Below are positions 28,394-32,000 of a DNA stretch of 32,000 nt, one piece after another. The stretch lies in assembly GCF_000011805.1 (NCBI RefSeq), contig NC_006840.2. One strand, written 5' to 3'. The translations under genes and the position numbers were made by a program. Positions within the stretch are counted from its first letter, which is position 1. Each line of letters opens with the position of its first letter. Below the pieces are notes generated by a model. It ran no database searches and was not told where the DNA came from. It saw nothing but the letters and a program-made list of their open reading frames with translations. This DNA comes from Aliivibrio fischeri ES114 (lineage in GTDB: Bacteria > Pseudomonadota > Gammaproteobacteria > Enterobacterales > Vibrionaceae).

Positions 28394-29344
28394 ATGTTAA
28401 AGAGTGAATTGATGGAAGATAAAATAAAACACAAGCTGAGGATTGGCTGGTCATATCTACTTTTCTTAAAGCAAAGAGTTATTCATGACAGGTTAACGGT
28501 AAGTGCTGGTTATATGGCTTACATCACTTTGCTGTCTTTGGTGCCGTTAATTACGGTTTTGCTGTCTGTATTGTCGCAATTTCCTGTTTTTTCTGGGGCG
28601 GGAGAGACGGTACAAGCCTTTGTTATTCAAAATTTTGTACCCGCTGCCAGTGATGCAGTTGAAGCGAGCTTAAAAGAGTTTATTTCAAATACGGGTAAGA
28701 TGACGGCTGTCGGTTCTGGTTTCTTATTTGTAGCCTCTGTAATGCTGATCTCATCGATAGATCGCAGTTTGAATTACATTTGGCGAGTAAAGAAAAAACG
28801 TCGTCCAATGTATTCATTTTCGTTGTATTGGATGATCTTAACTTTAGGTCCTTTATTGGTTGGCGCAAGTTTGGCGGCAACGTCATACGTAACGTCACTA
28901 AAGATCATGGATGATGAAATAGTTTCCAGTTTTTATCGGACTTTATTGGGTTGGTTACCTATCATATTGTCATTCTCTGCATTTGTTGGTTTGTATTTAT
29001 TAGTGCCGAACAAAAAAGTCCGAGTGACTCATGCGCTTATTGGTGCCATGTCTGCGGGTTGTCTATTTGAGTTTAGTAAGGTGGGGTTTGCTCAATACAT
29101 AACGCAATTTCCTTCATACCAAGTCATTTATGGCGCATTAGCAGCCGTTCCTATTTTGTTTGTTTGGGTATATTTGTGTTGGATTATCGTTCTTATTGGT
29201 GCCGAAATTACTGCAAGTTTAGGTGAGTTTGAAGGATGGCTAACGGGTAAGGTCAGCGTTAATATACTTGAGTCAGATATAAAAGCATTAACAGAACAAC
29301 AAGGGTTGATAGAAAGTGATAGCACTGATCCAGAGAGTAAGTGA
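28394..29344 (+). CDS. yihY: YihY/BrkB-family inner membrane protein
   Basis: Multiple TM helices; [70 protein letters not shown]. Start may be 28394 or 28412. Confidence 0.92.
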
Positions 29345-29750
29345 AGCCGCTGTAAAAGTAGATGGCGAAGTGACTGGTGAAATTAATCAAGGTTTATTAA
29401 TTTTATTGGGTGTTGAAAGAGAAGATGACGAAGCAAAAGCTAAGCGTCTAATGGAAAGGGTGTTAACTTACCGAGTATTTGAAGACCAAGACGGTAAGAT
29501 GAACTTAAATGTGCAACAAGTAAATGGTAGCGTATTAGTTGTATCGCAATTTACGTTGCCTGCAGATACTAAGAAGGGTACTCGTCCAGGTTTTTCAAAA
29601 GGAGCGCATCCTGTGGACGCTGAGCGCTTGTATGATTACTTCTCTGATCTATGTGAAGAGAAGTTGCATACGCAGCGAGGACGCTTTGCTGCGGACATGA
29701 AAGTTTCGCTAGTGAATGATGGGCCTGTGACGTTTTGGTTGCAGGTGTAA
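29316..29750 (+). CDS. dtd: D-aminoacyl-tRNA deacylase
   Basis: [56 protein letters not shown] start inside the 3' end of yihY (29-nt overlap). Confidence 0.95.
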
Positions 29751-29870
29751 GGGCAGGAGCGAGATTCTAGGACGCTTCGCTCGAGGGGCGAGGAAAAGCA
29801 GAAGACTATACGCTTCGCTGACTAGAAACTAGAGACTATAAGAGCGAGAGTGTTGATGTAGTGAGTTTTT

Positions 29871-30247
29871 AGGTTTCAGGAAGAGCAAGAGCAGAATTCA
29901 GGGTGCTCGCTGAAATTACAGTAACAAAGAATGGTTCTCCCCCTTTATCGCAATAGCTATGAGATCGATATAGTGAATACAAGGGGGAGTTAGAGGGGGT
30001 TGGTAATGTGTATATTATGCCGATAAATCAAACTGCATCACTTACACCCCCTCCTAGCCTCCCCTTATATCGGCAGTTTCTACCAAGTTACATTGGTGAA
30101 AAAGGGGAGGGACAGTATTGTGAGCGCTGCGGCTACCACGATCACTCCTGAACCCTGTAAGGGAGCTTGCGACCGATCTGAACCCTAAGCTCTTCCTCGA
30201 GGACGAAGTCCGTACTCGTTTCTCGAAGCGTAGCGCACTCGTCCCTA
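29871..30247. repeat. Composite intergenic repeat cluster between dtd and fabY
   Basis: AGGTTTCAGGAAGAGCAA; 100-bp block 29905-30004 repeated at 31256-31355; CTCCCCCTT...AAGGGGGAG; TGCCGATA...TATCGGCA (30018-30025/30068-30075); GGACGAAGTCCG...CTCGTCCCTA. Confidence 0.75.
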
Positions 30248-30267
30248 ATCATAATAAAAGGATTTAT

Positions 30268-31167
30268 ATGTTTCGATTGATCACACCAACAACAGAAGCT
30301 GAATTAAAAGCTTACTACCATTTTCGTTGGAAAATCTTACGTGAACCTTGGCGTCAGCCGGAAGGTTCTGAACGCGATGCGTATGATGATATGAGTCAGC
30401 ATCGAATGATTTTAGATGGTCGTGATCAGCCTGTTGCCGTTGGGCGTTTATATTTAACTCCAGATAATGACGGTCAAATTCGCTATATGGCGGTTGCACC
30501 ACATTGTCGAGGAAAAGGCATTGGTGCATTGATTATGGTTGCTCTGGAGTCTTATGCACGCCAAGAGAACGCTAAGCGCCTTGTATGTAATGCTCGTGAA
30601 GATGCAATTCCATTCTATGTAGGAAATGGATTTACTAGCCAAGGTGAATTGAGTGATGAGAGAGGACCTGTCCGTCACCAACAAATGCTCAAACATTTAG
30701 ATCCATTAGCTGATGTGCTGCGACGTCCTGACTGGTGCGCAGAGCTTCAAAAGCGTTGGGAAAATGAAATTCCAATCAGCGATAAAATGGGGATTAAAAT
30801 TACCCAATACACAGGTTATCGTTTTGAAGTCAGTGCCATTTTAAATGCCAACCTTAATCCACATAATAGTATGTTCGCAGGCAGTATTTTCACCATGGGT
30901 ACATTAACCGCTTGGGGAATTGTTTGGTTATTGCTAAAAGAACGAGGCTTGGATACCACCAGCATTATGTTGGTTGATAGTCATATTAGATATCGCCAAC
31001 CTATTGTTGATAATCCTAAAGGCATTACGTCGCTGAATTGTTTGGAAGGGGATTTTGATCGTCTACAATCAGGTAAGCGTGCGAGAGTGAAAGTAAAAGT
31101 CGATTTGTGTAATGGTGATAATCCTGCTGCGGAATTTACTGGAACGTTTATGTTGATGAGGGATTGA
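30268..31167 (+). CDS. fabY: GNAT acetyltransferase fused to thioesterase (hotdog) domain, FabY/YiiD family
   Basis: N-terminal GNAT (VAVGRLYL, YMAVAPHCRGKGIGALIM, NAREDAIPFYVGNGF); C-terminal YiiD-type domain (NPHNSMFAGSIFTMGTLTAWG). Adjacent to dtd as in E. coli. Confidence 0.87.
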   Translation: MFRLITPTTEAELKAYYHFRWKILREPWRQPEGSERDAYDDMSQHRMILDGRDQPVAVGRLYLTPDNDGQIRYMAVAPHCRGKGIGALIMVALESYARQENAKRLVCNAREDAIPFYVGNGFTSQGELSDERGPVRHQQMLKHLDPLADVLRRPDWCAELQKRWENEIPISDKMGIKITQYTGYRFEVSAILNANLNPHNSMFAGSIFTMGTLTAWGIVWLLLKERGLDTTSIMLVDSHIRYRQPIVDNPKGITSLNCLEGDFDRLQSGKRARVKVKVDLCNGDNPAAEFTGTFMLMRD

Positions 31168-31168
31168 G

Positions 31169-31495
31169 ATTAGGGGCGAGGACGGACTTCGTCCTAAAGG
31201 TTTCAGGAAGAGCAAGAGCAGAGTTCAGATCGCTTCGCTTGCAGATTTCAGAGTTGCTCGCTGAAATTACAGTGACAAAGAATGGTTCTCCCCCTTTATC
31301 ACTATTGCTATGAGATCAATATAGTGAATACAAGGGGGAGTTAGAGGGGGTTGGTTGTGATTACTAGGTTTCAGGAAGAGCAAGACCTGAGTCCGGTTTG
31401 CTCTTCCTGAAACCTTAAGCCTGAAACCTCTTATAGTCTCTATTTTCAGATTTATACGCTGAAATCACAGCGATTACCTCTGAATCCTAAGATCT
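31169..31495. repeat. Composite intergenic repeat cluster between fabY and trmH
   Basis: TAGGGGCGAG-GACGGACTTCGTCCT, AGGTTTCAGGAAGAGCAA (31198), 100-bp block 31256-31355, perfect 18-bp inverted repeat 31366-31383/31398-31415. Confidence 0.8.
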
Positions 31496-31500
31496 CACTC

Positions 31501-32000
31501 CTAATCCGCCGCCTGCATTCTTGCCCACCACTCTTCATCAGCAACGATCTGCCCAGTTTCATCAAGCTGTGGTAATTCAAGACCTTTACGTTTGGCTACT
31601 TTCGCAAGAACAGGGTGGCCGCGTTCAAACAACACCTTATTGATGTATTCCTTTGGCAGCATACTCTCTTCACGATCATACATACCCGCTAAATCACGCT
31701 GACGCTGCGCTTCATATAAAATAAGCGCACTTGCAACCGATACATTTAGTGATTGCACCATACCTACCATAGGAATGATGATGTCTTGATCAGCCATTGC
31801 TAATGCTTTTTTGCTGATGCCTGTTTTTTCACTACCAAGAATGATGGCAGTTGGTTTGGTGTAATCAATTTCTCGAAAATCTACAGCTGTATCCGATAGA
31901 TTTGTCGCTAGAATCTGCATGCCTTGTTCTTTAAGCGTAGCAAAAGCATCTTCAATATTTTTATGTGTTTCCACATCAACCCAATTACGAGCACCAGCAG
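31501..32000 (-). CDS. trmH: tRNA (guanosine-2'-O)-methyltransferase TrmH (SpoU family), 5' end beyond the window
   Basis: ILATNLSDTAVDFREIDYTKPTAIILGSEKTGISKKAL, MVGMVQSLNVSVASALILYEAQRQR, HPVLAKVAKRKGL. Frame stays open to the window edge (GARNWVDVETHKN...). Confidence 0.93.
   Translation of the reverse strand, partial: AGARNWVDVETHKNIEDAFATLKEQGMQILATNLSDTAVDFREIDYTKPTAIILGSEKTGISKKALAMADQDIIIPMVGMVQSLNVSVASALILYEAQRQRDLAGMYDREESMLPKEYINKVLFERGHPVLAKVAKRKGLELPQLDETGQIVADEEWWARMQAAD

Noticed and set aside
29751-31500. Possible CRISPR array in the repeat-rich right end
   Set aside because: Repeats are long, irregularly spaced and in mixed orientation, without uniform spacers; no cas genes in the window.

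Overview
Mostly core chromosome of a Vibrionaceae member; Aliivibrio-like from gene content and order (inference, not searched). Left to right: the probable 3' end of the Spot 42 sRNA terminator, engB, cytochrome c4, a SAM methyltransferase + yihI + DUF2489-type operon, hemN, asnC, rsmJ, uspA, ftnA, uspB, a YhiN-family flavoprotein, a FIST-GGDEF-EAL protein, a DTW-domain protein, a lipoprotein, eda, two paralogous Cache-GGDEF-EAL proteins flanking add, the ntrC-ntrB-DUF4124-glnA cluster, typA/bipA, a yihY family gene, dtd, fabY/yiiD and trmH (truncated by the window end). I find no phage, CRISPR, toxin-antitoxin, secretion or defence system. The signals the genes do not explain are (1) a family of mosaic intergenic repeats (words AGGTTTCAGG(AAGAGCAA), TAGGGRCGAG...CGGACTTYGTCC, CTCCCCCTT...AAGGGGGAG), including a 100-bp block repeated at about 95% identity on both sides of fabY and a perfect 18-bp inverted repeat; (2) a 161-bp MITE-like element with 19-bp terminal inverted repeats between typA and yihY; (3) three GGDEF/EAL proteins within about 11.5 kb, two with degenerate GGDEF motifs and one directly downstream of ntrC; and (4) a sigma54/NtrC-type control region upstream of glnA. 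All counts come from reading the sequence by eye.
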